IMG/VR virus record: IMGVR_UViG_3300025133_000103
Span: 1-62,033 of that record
Strand: one strand, 5' to 3'
Length of the DNA stretch: 62,033 bases
Origin: a virus
Lineage: Duplodnaviria > Caudoviricetes
The notes beneath the pieces were generated by a model that saw only the letters and a list, made by a program, of their open reading frames with translations, had not been told where the DNA came from and searched no databases. Positions 1 through 9,564 of the stretch are shown here, piece after piece. A program made the position numbers and the translations under genes. Each line of letters starts with the position of its first letter. Position 1 is the stretch's first letter.

Positions 1-1
1 G

Positions 2-79
2 ATACACGCTAAGACGAAGACGTCTAAGAACAAGAACAGCAAAAACTACAAGAAAGCGTATAGGGGTCAGGGCCGCTAG
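2..79 (+). CDS. 3' end of small basic phage protein (YRGQGR C-terminus), partial
   Basis: Frame 2 reads IHAKTKTSKNKNSKNYKKAYRGQGR*. The KxYRGQG(R/K) end is typical of small basic proteins of marine phages. Truncated by the window edge. Confidence 0.65.
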   Translation: MHAKTKTSKNKNSKNYKKAYRGQGR

Positions 80-492
80 AGCGTGTTGTAAAAACGCTGC
101 ACGGCTATCCTTCCTCGCTGCGAGAGTGCATACCTTACTCGGTAGTTAAACTTCGTCTCTTCTCTAAAGAAGTGGTCTTCTCGCGTATTAGAAGGCGTGA
201 GCTTATCAAAGTGCTTATATAGGTATCCTTCGTTCACCATAGGGTAGATAAGCCTCTCCCCTATATTGTTTTTATTCATGCCGTACTCTTCGCTGGCGAA
301 TTTTATAGTAAAGAACTCTAGATCGTAACACCATAGCATAAAGTCTAGCCAGCTCCCTGGTATCTCGCTGTTATATATAAAGTTATTTCTTGCGTTACGC
401 AGGTTCTTTAAGTGGTTTTGCTTTACGTACTTATCGGGTAGTCTTGAAAACTCCCTGAACAACCTTGCTTTCTTCACTCTAGATCGCGGCAT
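76..492 (-). CDS. hypothetical protein, possible winged-helix DNA-binding protein
   Basis: 138-aa ORF whose C-terminal YALSQRGRIAVQRF resembles a MarR-like wing end. Confidence 0.55.
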   Translation of the reverse strand: MPRSRVKKARLFREFSRLPDKYVKQNHLKNLRNARNNFIYNSEIPGSWLDFMLWCYDLEFFTIKFASEEYGMNKNNIGERLIYPMVNEGYLYKHFDKLTPSNTREDHFFREETKFNYRVRYALSQRGRIAVQRFYNTL

Positions 493-532
493 AATTTAAT
501 CCTTATCTTTGATTGCATAACAAATTTATATC

Positions 533-829
533 ATGACAGCTAAAGACACACACTTCTTGGCCGAGATGTACTCCTTGGTAAAGAAAATGGAGGAAACCAT
601 AGAAGAGTTTGATATGAGGGAAAGGATCTTAGCTTCTATTGTTGTTGGGGTTCTTGACTCCGACGCCCTAGAGGATGAAGCCGAGACCGCTGAATTAAAA
701 ACGATGTATAGCTTCAGCCTTGAGAGCAGGGAGGAGCTAGAGACAATTAAATCTTTAATGGACGATATGTACACTGACGAGGAGCCGCTAGACGACTTGT
801 TAAACGGTTTAGGCATATCGCTAAACTAA
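533..829 (+). CDS. hypothetical acidic protein
   Basis: 98-aa ORF preceded by a TATCTTTG promoter-like element near 504-511. First gene of the + strand block. Confidence 0.7.
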   Translation: MTAKDTHFLAEMYSLVKKMEETIEEFDMRERILASIVVGVLDSDALEDEAETAELKTMYSFSLESREELETIKSLMDDMYTDEEPLDDLLNGLGISLN

Positions 830-834
830 ATATA

Positions 835-1071
835 ATGGAAGGTCTTATTAGAAAAATTATTGTGGGCAAGGAGCCCAAAAACGGCATGGCCTATTATATA
901 GGTATGCGGGCTGGCGATGGGAACGTGTCAGCTATAGTAGAGGATGAGAGATATCTTCATAAGTTCGCTAAAAAAAGATACCTTGTATACATAGAAAACG
1001 AAGAAGGCAACGTACTTTGGAAGGCCATAGACGATATGCCGTGTATGCTGGAATTTGATTTGAACTTTTAA
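835..1071 (+). CDS. hypothetical phage protein
   Basis: 78-aa ORF tightly packed in the operon. Confidence 0.7.
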   Translation: MEGLIRKIIVGKEPKNGMAYYIGMRAGDGNVSAIVEDERYLHKFAKKRYLVYIENEEGNVLWKAIDDMPCMLEFDLNF

Positions 1072-1074
1072 TTT

Positions 1075-1659
1075 ATGAGGACATTTAACTTGTTTGTCGT
1101 GGAGCTAGAGAAACAGCTCAAAGACACCGTAACCACCGCTGGGGGGTTAGAGCTTTATATAGATAATAAATATGATGAATTTAAAAACAGGGTTACAGAG
1201 GGGCCTGTCGTGGCTGCTCCATTTAAGTATGAAACTGGCGTCCAGCCTGGAGATACTCTTTACTTCCACCATCTCGTGGTGCTTAACGAAGGTCAAGTAC
1301 TTACTGGTGAAGACAATCACTATATTGTACGATTTGATCCAGACAATACTATTAACAATCAAGCTATTGCTTATAAAGATCAGCATACTGGTCTTGTCGC
1401 TCCTCTTGCGGGCTGGAGCCTTCTTGAGCCTGTCGAAGAAGAGGAAGTTCCCGAATCGGAGACTATCGAAGTGGTCAAACTCGATGAGAAGCTACCAACA
1501 AAGGGTCGCGTCGCGTTTATGGCACCTTGGATTCAAGCGTTAGGCGTTGAGGTAGGCGATGTAGTAGGGTTTAAAGAGAACCGCGACTACAGGATTACTA
1601 TTGACGAGAAAGAGTATTACAGAACTCGCGCAGAAGACCTACTCTATGTCGAAAACTAA
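1075..1659 (+). CDS. GroES-like co-chaperonin with two tandem GroES-like domains
   Basis: TTAGGLELYI...GPVVAAP...GVQPGDTLYF and PLAGWSLLEP...GRVAF...GVEVGDVVGF...IDEKEYY..AEDLL both match the Cpn10 pattern. Confidence 0.75.
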   Translation: MRTFNLFVVELEKQLKDTVTTAGGLELYIDNKYDEFKNRVTEGPVVAAPFKYETGVQPGDTLYFHHLVVLNEGQVLTGEDNHYIVRFDPDNTINNQAIAYKDQHTGLVAPLAGWSLLEPVEEEEVPESETIEVVKLDEKLPTKGRVAFMAPWIQALGVEVGDVVGFKENRDYRITIDEKEYYRTRAEDLLYVEN

Positions 1660-1936
1660 ATTCACTACAATTAGTGCTTCTCAGCGCCTCATGAAGAGTA
1701 TGGAGGTGGCTATAGACAATATGATCGAAGAGATTAAAAAGCCTGTCGACCCAGACGCGGGTGGGTCTGCTAGAAAGGCTGAGCTTCAGTCTATTAAACA
1801 GACGGCTGTGGACTGCAAGGAGCTACTGGTAGAGCGCCAGAAGTTAGAACAGATGGTAAAAGAACTAAAACAACATGGGCAAATCGAAGAAGAAAAAGAC
1901 TACTCAGGAGGATTCGCTGAGAGGTTTTCAAAGTAA
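1646..1936 (+). CDS. helical protein, possible terminase small subunit
   Basis: Likely start ATG at 1646 (MSKTKF). Coiled-coil with C-terminal GGFAERFSK, located upstream of TerL. Confidence 0.5.
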   Translation: MSKTKFTTISASQRLMKSMEVAIDNMIEEIKKPVDPDAGGSARKAELQSIKQTAVDCKELLVERQKLEQMVKELKQHGQIEEEKDYSGGFAERFSK

Positions 1937-2048
1937 CCACACTGGTTTAATCTACTGGGGCGATTATATTGATAACCAGACAGTTAGCAGCGATTACTTA
2001 AACAAAAACTTTAACATACGATATAACAAGTATTAAGTTGGAATTCGC

Positions 2049-2405
2049 ATGAGCTACAAGAACAAAGAAGACCAAGCTAGAGCCAGCGCTAAACACTATT
2101 CTGAAAACAAAGAAAAGGTAAAAGAAAGAAGCAAAAAAAGGAATAGACTTCAAAGGGAAAGAAACTCTAACTTTGTATCTAGGGTTAAGAGGAGGTTTAA
2201 TTGCGTGGACTGCGGCGAGTCAGATGTAGTGGTCCTTGATTTTGATCATGTAGAGGGCGAAAAGGCAGGGAACGTATCTGATATGTCTAGACAGGGCTAC
2301 TCTATAGAGGCTATAAAGAAAGAAATAAGAAAGTGCGAGGTAAGGTGTTCAAATTGCCACCGTAGGATAACCCACCAAAGAAGAACCATAAACAAGCACT
2401 CGTAG
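2049..2405 (+). CDS. HNH endonuclease
   Basis: CVDCGE...LDFDHV...CEVRCSNCHR zinc/HNH signature. Confidence 0.85.
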   Translation: MSYKNKEDQARASAKHYSENKEKVKERSKKRNRLQRERNSNFVSRVKRRFNCVDCGESDVVVLDFDHVEGEKAGNVSDMSRQGYSIEAIKKEIRKCEVRCSNCHRRITHQRRTINKHS

Positions 2406-2469
2406 CTCAACAGGATAGAGCATCGCACTTCTAATGCGAAGGTTCGGGGTTCGAATCCCTGCGGGTGTA
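2396..2469 (+). tRNA. tRNA-Arg (anticodon TCT)
   Basis: GCACTCG-TA-GCTC-AACAGGATA-GAGC-A-TCGCA-CT[TCT]AA-TGCGA-AGGTT-CGGGG-TTCGAAT-CCCTG-CGGGTGT-A forms a canonical cloverleaf. Confidence 0.93.
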
Positions 2470-2486
2470 CAATTAAACTAAACAAC

Positions 2487-2675
2487 ATGCCAGACTTACA
2501 TTGCCCCGATTGCGGGAAGGAGCGTTTCGAAAAATCTTTAACCATGCGTGTCCGCGATGGCGACACATATTACGTTGAGGGAGAATGTGAATGCGGATCT
2601 CAGATGAAGCTAACGAATCCTAGAAAGGGCGTGGCAAATTTAGGGCGGATGGGTAGAAACGGCAGTAGTTATTGA
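2487..2675 (+). CDS. small zinc-ribbon protein
   Basis: CPDCG ... CECG motifs in a 62-aa ORF. Confidence 0.7.
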   Translation: MPDLHCPDCGKERFEKSLTMRVRDGDTYYVEGECECGSQMKLTNPRKGVANLGRMGRNGSSY

Positions 2676-4789
2676 TGTCTGTACTTATTGACATAGAAGG
2701 ATATGAAGATCAAGGGATTAAGATCGACCCTAACGGTACGGCTGGAGAGGCACTCGAAATCAATGGCATTCTTGTTGTACTGCCAAAAAAACCACCCAAA
2801 TCGAAAATCCTCTTCCATGATAAGCCAAGAGCGATGCAGCTGTGGGAGAGGCAGCCTATGCCTGTGGAGCTGCAAAGGATTAGAAGTATGGATGAGTGGT
2901 TCGAGAAACCTTCCGAGTTTCGAAAAAGGTTTTCTGTTTACATCGAACAAGAGTTTCAGCGGCGGCGCGACGGCCTTTGGTTTTACAATGATGGGATCCC
3001 TACGTATATTACAGGGCGGCACTATATGTTTTTACAATGGACTCAAATTGATATCGGACACCCACAATTCCTTAGTTTCCAAAAAGAAGTCTTTATCCAC
3101 ATGGCTGCGTGTGAAGCTGATCCTCGTTGTCTCGGCCAGCTTTATACTAAGTGTCGCCGCTCTGGGTATACTAATATCTGTTCCGCTGTACTTGTTGACG
3201 AGGCTACTCAAGTTAAAGACAAGCTTCTTGGTATTCAGTCGAAAACTGGTAAAGATGCCCAGGAGAATATTTTCATGAAAAAAGTAGTAGCTATGTTCCG
3301 TGGCTACCCTTTCTTCTTCAAGCCTATTCAAGATGGTACTACTAACCCGCGTATGGAGCTGGCTTTTAGAGAGCCCTCAAAGAGGATAACAAAAAACAAC
3401 AAAACATCTTATCGGGGTGATGCCTTAAATACTTTGGTTAATTGGAAAAACACAACCAATAACGCATATGACGGAGAGAAGCTTCATATGATGTACCTCG
3501 ATGAGGCAGGTAAGTGGGAGAAGCCGTCCGATATACGCGAAGCGTGGAGGGTGGAAAGGACATGTCTTATCGTAGGAAGGAAAGTGGTAGGCAAGGCTAT
3601 GGTAGGGAGTACGGTTAATCCTATGAGCAAAGGGGGCGAGGAGTATAAAGATCTATGGAATGACTCCGATCCGTCTAACAGGAACGAGAACGGACGAACC
3701 CGAACGGGCCTATATAGGCTCTTTATGCCAGCCGATGAGTCATTGGAAGGTTTTTTCGATAAACACGGGAGGCCTGTAAAAGAGACACCCGAAGAACCTG
3801 TAGAGGGTATTGATGGGGAAACGATAGAAATTGGGGCTCGTAGGTATTTAAAAAACGAAAGGCAGTCGCTTAAAGACGATCCTTCTGAGCTGAACGAAGT
3901 GGTAAGGCAGTTTCCTTTCACCGAGGACGAAGCCTTTAGGGACAGCATAGAGGGAAGCCTCTTTAATATAGGTAAGATATACCAGCAGATAGAACATAAC
4001 GACGAGCTCTACCCAAATCCCGTTGTTATAGGCAACTTTATATGGATAGAAAAAGACAAAGAAGTGGCCTTCTCCCCTACCCCCAACGGTAGGTTTAGGG
4101 TTGCGTGGATGCCTGACCCCGAAGACCGTAATGTCGCTGCTACAGAAAGAGGCAAGAGGATTCCTCCTTTTAAAGATCACGGGTGTGGGGGTGTTGACTC
4201 TTATGATTTAGACGCTACGGTAGACGGCAGGGGATCGAAAGGAGCGTTACATATGTACAATAAATTTTCTATAAACAGACCATCTAATATGTTTGTTGTA
4301 GAGTATGCTTCTCGTCCCGACCTAGCTAAGATATTCTACGAAGACGTCCTTATGTGTGCCTTTTTCTATGGGTATCCCTTGTTAGTGGAGAACAACAAGT
4401 ACGGTATTGTAAGGTACTTTGAGTCAAGGGGTTACGACGGTTACTTAATGGATCGCCCTAAGCACTTAGCGGCTGTTAGTTCCAATATGAATGTAAGAAC
4501 CAAGGGTATACCTTCTAACTCTCAGGATGTTATACAGTCTCACGCGCAGGCTATAGAGACATATATACACCATCATGTTGGCGTTAATTACGATTCTGGA
4601 GAGACAGGAAGTATGTATTTCAATAAAACCCTAGAAGACTGGATAGGTTTTAAGATAGACAAAAGAACCAAGTTTGACTTGACTATAAGCTCTGGGTTGG
4701 CTTTGTTAGGCGCTCAAAAGGCCAAAGAAAAACCTGTTGCCGATTTTACAGAAACCAAGTTTTTTAGACGATACAAGGTCTACGGATGA
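2675..4789 (+). CDS. terL: terminase large subunit (crAss-like type)
   Basis: Walker A-like KCRRSGYT, Walker B MMYLDEAGK, motif III GST, and nuclease GGVDSYD...VENN...FDLTIS. Confidence 0.92.
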   Translation: MSVLIDIEGYEDQGIKIDPNGTAGEALEINGILVVLPKKPPKSKILFHDKPRAMQLWERQPMPVELQRIRSMDEWFEKPSEFRKRFSVYIEQEFQRRRDGLWFYNDGIPTYITGRHYMFLQWTQIDIGHPQFLSFQKEVFIHMAACEADPRCLGQLYTKCRRSGYTNICSAVLVDEATQVKDKLLGIQSKTGKDAQENIFMKKVVAMFRGYPFFFKPIQDGTTNPRMELAFREPSKRITKNNKTSYRGDALNTLVNWKNTTNNAYDGEKLHMMYLDEAGKWEKPSDIREAWRVERTCLIVGRKVVGKAMVGSTVNPMSKGGEEYKDLWNDSDPSNRNENGRTRTGLYRLFMPADESLEGFFDKHGRPVKETPEEPVEGIDGETIEIGARRYLKNERQSLKDDPSELNEVVRQFPFTEDEAFRDSIEGSLFNIGKIYQQIEHNDELYPNPVVIGNFIWIEKDKEVAFSPTPNGRFRVAWMPDPEDRNVAATERGKRIPPFKDHGCGGVDSYDLDATVDGRGSKGALHMYNKFSINRPSNMFVVEYASRPDLAKIFYEDVLMCAFFYGYPLLVENNKYGIVRYFESRGYDGYLMDRPKHLAAVSSNMNVRTKGIPSNSQDVIQSHAQAIETYIHHHVGVNYDSGETGSMYFNKTLEDWIGFKIDKRTKFDLTISSGLALLGAQKAKEKPVADFTETKFFRRYKVYG

Positions 4790-4794
4790 TTTGC

Positions 4795-4802
4795 TATATT
4801 TG
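4795..4802 (+). promoter_or_regulatory. Bacteroidota sigma-A -7 element (TATATTTG) upstream of portal
   Basis: Matches the TAnnTTTG consensus in the intergenic gap. Confidence 0.6.
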
Positions 4803-4831
4803 CAGAATATGCCTAGCTCTTCACTATCATC

Positions 4832-7279
4832 ATGACTGACTACAACAACAACAAAAAAGGCACTTTTCCAGACCCATTAGCGGAAACAGAAGTTAAGGAG
4901 AGCAAAGCCTATGGGTTGGAGTATGCTAAAGCTGTTGAATCTCAGTGGGGTAAGATGAACGAGTCGAGCTCTCTTTACGGTAAAAGAAATAACGTATTTG
5001 AGAGAAGCAGGGATTATGCTAACGGCACCCAGGATACAAACATATACAAGAAGCTTCTTAGTTCTTTAGAGCCCAATTCGGGCGATGGTAGTTTATTGAA
5101 CATGGATTACACTCCTGTTCCCATCTTACCTAAGTTTGTTCGTGTTGTCGTAAATAAAATCCTTTCTAGAAATCCATACCCTAACCTAGAGGCTATTGAT
5201 CCGTTGTCTTCTTCAGAGAAGAACAATAAAAAGCGCAGGGTTGAGATTCAAGTGGAAGCAAAAAAGCAATTACAACAGCTTAAACAACAAACAGGTATGG
5301 TTGTCGGGGATGACCCTGACACACTTCCAGATACCTTAGAGGAGGCGGAGATTCTTCTTGGCACTAATGTTAAGACCGATGCAGAGATAGCCGCGCAGAT
5401 AGGGACAAATATGACGCTCTCTTGGAATAACTTCAATGACGGGGTTTTTAGAAGGTGTGTAAACGATCTGGTTGCTTTAGGGATGTCTGTTGTTAAGAGG
5501 AGTAACGACCCCAACGAAGGCATAAAGACGGAATATGTCGATCCTGCTTGCTTCGTTCATAGCTACACAGAGGACCCTAGCTTTGAGGATCTTATCTATG
5601 CAGGGCATGTAAAGAGAATGTCTATAGCTGAGCTAAAGAGAATTGCTGGTCATGAGCTAGATGAAGAGGATTTTAAAAAGATAGCGTCGGGGGTAAAGAA
5701 TAAGTCAGGTAATGACGCTTCTGCCTTTAACAAGACCAGCTACAACAAAAACCTTCAGCGCAACGAGAACGGCTACGATCAGTATATGGTCGATATTTTA
5801 GACTTTGAGTTTCTTTCTGTCGATTGTATCCATTTCGAAGAAAAAGAAAATCGTTTTGGGAATGTAAATTTCTTCTTAAAAGGGTTTTCTTACGAAGAGA
5901 AGCAGGGTAGTGTCTTCCAGCGCACACCAAGCAAAATGGAGATATCTACTGTCTATGGCGGTAGCTACGTTATGGGTGGCGCTGATATATTGTTTAATTA
6001 CGGAAGGACGAAGAACGTACCGAAGAATATCCACGATATATCAAAGGTCACTCTCTCTTATTCTCCTATTGCGACGAACCTCCGCAATATGATGCCTAAG
6101 TCTATGGTGGACTCCTGTACGGGGTTTGCTGATATGTTGCAGCTTACGCACTTAAAGATTCAGCAGGCTATTGCCAAAGCCAAACCCGATGGACTTATTA
6201 TTGATATCGAGGGGCTGGAGAACGTACAGCTTGGAAAAGGCGGCGACTTGCAGCCATTAGAGCTTCACGATATATACGAGCAGACAGGTGTCTTCTACTA
6301 CAGGAGCAAGAACCCAGAGGGGGGCTTCCAAAACCCGCCTGTTAGGGAGATAGGAAATTCTATTCGAAATATCAACGAGCTTGTCGGGTTGTACAACCAT
6401 TACCTAAAAATGATTAGGGATGCTACGGGGGTTAACGAGATGATGGATGCCTCTACACCTAAAGGGGACACGCTTGTCGGTGTGCAGCAGAATGCTATTG
6501 CGGCAGGGAATAACGCTATATACGACATCACAAACGCTTCTATGATCTTGTTTAAAAAGGTCTGCGAGGATATAGTGAAGTGCTTGCAGATCCTACCGCC
6601 TGAGTCTGTTATCTTTAAAGTGTACGAGAACGCGGTAGGAAAAGAAAACATGTCTGTCCTCTCTTCGTTTAACGATCTACCTATGTATAACTTTGGTGTA
6701 CAGGTGGTTAAGGAGATGGAGGATCAAGATAGGGCCTACCTGGAACAGAACATACAGATGTCTCTTCAACAGAAAGAGTTGGATATAGAAGATGCTATTG
6801 CTATACGCAATATGAAAGACGTAAACCAGGCGGAACGTTTGCTTGTGGTCCGCAGAAAGAAGCGGATTGCTCAGCAGCAACAGATGGCTATGCAGAACTC
6901 TCAGCAACAAGCCGAGATACAACAAGCTTCGGCGCAGGCTACCTCGCAAGCTAAGATGCAAGAGTTGCAGATGGAGGCGCAATTGGATTCGCAGAAGATG
7001 CAATTGCAGTCTCAGTTAGAGGCTCAGCTAGAACAGGTTAAGCACCAGTTTAGAAAAGAAATTGAGATAATTAAGGCTCAGGCTACGCTAGGGTTTAAAG
7101 AGGATGATAAAAATTTCAAAGAAAAGCTTGAGGTTCTTAAAGAGGATAGAAAAGACGAGAGGGTAAAGAAGCAGTCTTCAGAACAAAGCAAGCTGTTGTC
7201 TCAACGTCAGGGCAAGCGCGGGGAGCTACCAGAAGCTTCTGAAAACGTAGACGATATTGTAAACTCATTATTAGGCTAA
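4832..7279 (+). CDS. portal protein
   Basis: 815 aa directly after TerL, with YANGTQD and PVPILPKFV motifs and a Gln-rich C-terminal coiled coil typical of P22/crAss-like portals. Confidence 0.85.
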   Translation: MTDYNNNKKGTFPDPLAETEVKESKAYGLEYAKAVESQWGKMNESSSLYGKRNNVFERSRDYANGTQDTNIYKKLLSSLEPNSGDGSLLNMDYTPVPILPKFVRVVVNKILSRNPYPNLEAIDPLSSSEKNNKKRRVEIQVEAKKQLQQLKQQTGMVVGDDPDTLPDTLEEAEILLGTNVKTDAEIAAQIGTNMTLSWNNFNDGVFRRCVNDLVALGMSVVKRSNDPNEGIKTEYVDPACFVHSYTEDPSFEDLIYAGHVKRMSIAELKRIAGHELDEEDFKKIASGVKNKSGNDASAFNKTSYNKNLQRNENGYDQYMVDILDFEFLSVDCIHFEEKENRFGNVNFFLKGFSYEEKQGSVFQRTPSKMEISTVYGGSYVMGGADILFNYGRTKNVPKNIHDISKVTLSYSPIATNLRNMMPKSMVDSCTGFADMLQLTHLKIQQAIAKAKPDGLIIDIEGLENVQLGKGGDLQPLELHDIYEQTGVFYYRSKNPEGGFQNPPVREIGNSIRNINELVGLYNHYLKMIRDATGVNEMMDASTPKGDTLVGVQQNAIAAGNNAIYDITNASMILFKKVCEDIVKCLQILPPESVIFKVYENAVGKENMSVLSSFNDLPMYNFGVQVVKEMEDQDRAYLEQNIQMSLQQKELDIEDAIAIRNMKDVNQAERLLVVRRKKRIAQQQQMAMQNSQQQAEIQQASAQATSQAKMQELQMEAQLDSQKMQLQSQLEAQLEQVKHQFRKEIEIIKAQATLGFKEDDKNFKEKLEVLKEDRKDERVKKQSSEQSKLLSQRQGKRGELPEASENVDDIVNSLLG

Positions 7280-7280
7280 T

Positions 7281-7733
7281 ATGGCAAGTAAAGTAAATTT
7301 AGATGTAGCCGAGAAGCTAGACATTACGTGCAGACGAGGCGATTCCTTTTCGCTTTCTCTGACGCTAAAAGATTCCGCAGGTGATGCGCTAACCCTAGCC
7401 ACCTCAAACTACGAATTCCTGATGGATGTTAAAGGAGCCAAAACAACCCAGACTGATGGATCTGTTTCCAGGTCGGTGGTGGCTTCGAGCTCTAAGTCTT
7501 CTTCTACAACCGATCTAAAGGATGCTGACGGAAACCCTCTTGATGCTTTATCAAATGGATTTGTTTTTAGCGCTGGGACAGATGCTGGGTTGGTAACGGT
7601 AACGGCCACAGCGGAAGTTATGAAGCAGCTTCCTCCAGGGAGGTATGTTTATGATATTCAGCAAAAAGTAAGCGAGACGGTTACTACTATCCTAAGAGGT
7701 AGCTTTAAGGTAAACGAAGATATCTCAGACTAA
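7281..7733 (+). CDS. BppU-like tail/baseplate adaptor protein
   Basis: [11 protein letters not shown]...GRYVYDIQ...ILRGSFKV pattern, located before the fibre gene. Confidence 0.6.
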   Translation: MASKVNLDVAEKLDITCRRGDSFSLSLTLKDSAGDALTLATSNYEFLMDVKGAKTTQTDGSVSRSVVASSSKSSSTTDLKDADGNPLDALSNGFVFSAGTDAGLVTVTATAEVMKQLPPGRYVYDIQQKVSETVTTILRGSFKVNEDISD

Positions 7734-7734
7734 T

Positions 7735-9564
7735 ATGGCTATAACAGTAACTTCTAGTGGTGGTAATACTGTCACGGCTACTGTGAATGGTGGTACTTCT
7801 GTTACTTTGGGTTCTACAACGACGAACTCGGTATCTATAACAGAAGCGGCCTCTACCTCTCTAAGTGTCACCCAGGTAAACAAAGGTGAGACGGGAGCTA
7901 CAGGGGCTACTGGCGCTACTGGCGCTACTGGCCCAACTGGACCTACGGGGTCTACGGGGGCAAAAGGGGATACAGGAGCTACGGGGGCAGCAGGAGCTAC
8001 AGGAGCTACAGGAGCTACAGGGGCAGCAGGTGCTGACGGATCTGACGGGTCTGACGGGTCTGACGGAGTTACAACATTTCAGCTTGAAGACGATAGCGGA
8101 GACGAGGTAACCATATCGAACGGCAAGGAAGTTAAGTTTATTGGTGCTGGCGGGCTGGGTATTAACTGGACCGATACATCTCACGGTACGGACGGAGATC
8201 CTTACGACCTTACGTTTACCGTAGGTACACTTAACCAGGACACTACTGGTAGTGCCGCCACGTTGACTACGCCTCGTGCTATTAATGGGGTAAACTTTGA
8301 TGGGAGCGCGGGTATTACGGTTACAGCAGCGGGCTCTACCCTTTCAGATACTGTTACGGTTGCGAAGGGAGGAACAGGGGCCACTTCTCTTACTGACGGG
8401 TATGTACTTCTTGGAAGCGGTACAGGCGCTGTTACAGCCCTTGATGTAACGGCTAAAGGATCTATACTTGTTGGCGATGGGACTACAGACCCAGTTGCTT
8501 TAGCTGTTGGTGATGATGATCAGGTATTAACCGCAGACAGCAGTGAGGCTTCAGGGCTTAAATGGGCAGCCGCTAGCGGAGGAGGTTCGGGTGATATAAC
8601 ATCCGTTGTGGCTGGATCAGGCATGACTGGCGGAGCCACAAGCGGAGATGCTACATTGAATGTTATTGGCGGCGACGGTATAACGGCTAACGCTAATGAC
8701 GTAGCTATTACGGCCGCTCAGACGACAATCACCTCTGTACTAAATGCTAGTTTAGTTATTGGTAGAGACGCTGATAACGATATTGATTTTACTACTGACA
8801 ATAACATTAGGTTTAGAGCGGGAGGGGAAGATCAGCTTACTCTTGTGGACGGTGCTCTTACACCAACCACAAACGCTATTGTAGATTTAGGTACAGACGA
8901 TTTAGAGTTTAAAGATGGGTATTTCGATGGTACTCTAGAGGCTGACGCTATAACAATCGGTGGTACAGCTATCGCCTCTGTGTTAAGTCCTGTCGCTGGT
9001 CACGCAAGTATTGCTACAGTAGGAACTATTGGAACTGGAGTTTGGCAAGGTACGGCTGTAGCTAGCGCTTATCTAGATGCTGATACAGCTCATTTATCGG
9101 GTACTCAAACCTTCTCAGGCGCTAAAACCTTCTCAGAGCTAATAGCTCCAACGAAAGGACACTTATACGCTAAAGGAAGCGATACGCATTTTGAAGCTCA
9201 AGGAGATATTATAAAAATTGGAACAGGTAGCACAACGGCTGGGGAGCTTTGCTATCTTAAGGCAGACGGCACTTGGGCAGCTACAGATGCTGACGCAGTA
9301 GCCACTTCTGGAGGAGTGCTTTTAGCTATGGCTTTAGGTACCGACCCAGATGTCGATGGCATGTTGTTACGCGGTATGTTTACTTTAGACCATGACCCTG
9401 GAACTATAGCTGATGAGCTTTATATCTCTACTACAGCAGGGGATATTACAAGCACAGCCCCTTCCGCCACAGGAGATATAGTAAGAGTAGTTGGATACTG
9501 CTTAGACAGCAGCGACGGCCAAATTTGGTTCAACCCATCTAACGACTTTATCGTTCTTGCATAA
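7735..9564 (+). CDS. tail fibre protein with collagen-like G-X-Y repeats
   Basis: GATGATGAT collagen stretch, fibre motifs [13 protein letters not shown] and VAKGGTGAT, and a C-terminal [16 protein letters not shown] domain. Confidence 0.8.
   Translation: MAITVTSSGGNTVTATVNGGTSVTLGSTTTNSVSITEAASTSLSVTQVNKGETGATGATGATGATGPTGPTGSTGAKGDTGATGAAGATGATGATGAAGADGSDGSDGSDGVTTFQLEDDSGDEVTISNGKEVKFIGAGGLGINWTDTSHGTDGDPYDLTFTVGTLNQDTTGSAATLTTPRAINGVNFDGSAGITVTAAGSTLSDTVTVAKGGTGATSLTDGYVLLGSGTGAVTALDVTAKGSILVGDGTTDPVALAVGDDDQVLTADSSEASGLKWAAASGGGSGDITSVVAGSGMTGGATSGDATLNVIGGDGITANANDVAITAAQTTITSVLNASLVIGRDADNDIDFTTDNNIRFRAGGEDQLTLVDGALTPTTNAIVDLGTDDLEFKDGYFDGTLEADAITIGGTAIASVLSPVAGHASIATVGTIGTGVWQGTAVASAYLDADTAHLSGTQTFSGAKTFSELIAPTKGHLYAKGSDTHFEAQGDIIKIGTGSTTAGELCYLKADGTWAATDADAVATSGGVLLAMALGTDPDVDGMLLRGMFTLDHDPGTIADELYISTTAGDITSTAPSATGDIVRVVGYCLDSSDGQIWFNPSNDFIVLA
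7882..8067 (+). repeat. 9-bp codon tandem repeats (GGAGCTACA, TCTGACGGG) encoding collagen-like triplets
   Basis: Directly visible repeats that translate as GAT and GSD units. Confidence 0.9.

Noticed and set aside
7882-8067. Short tandem repeats as a possible CRISPR array or VNTR switch
   Set aside because: In-frame 9-bp codon repeats of a collagen-like domain, with no spacers.
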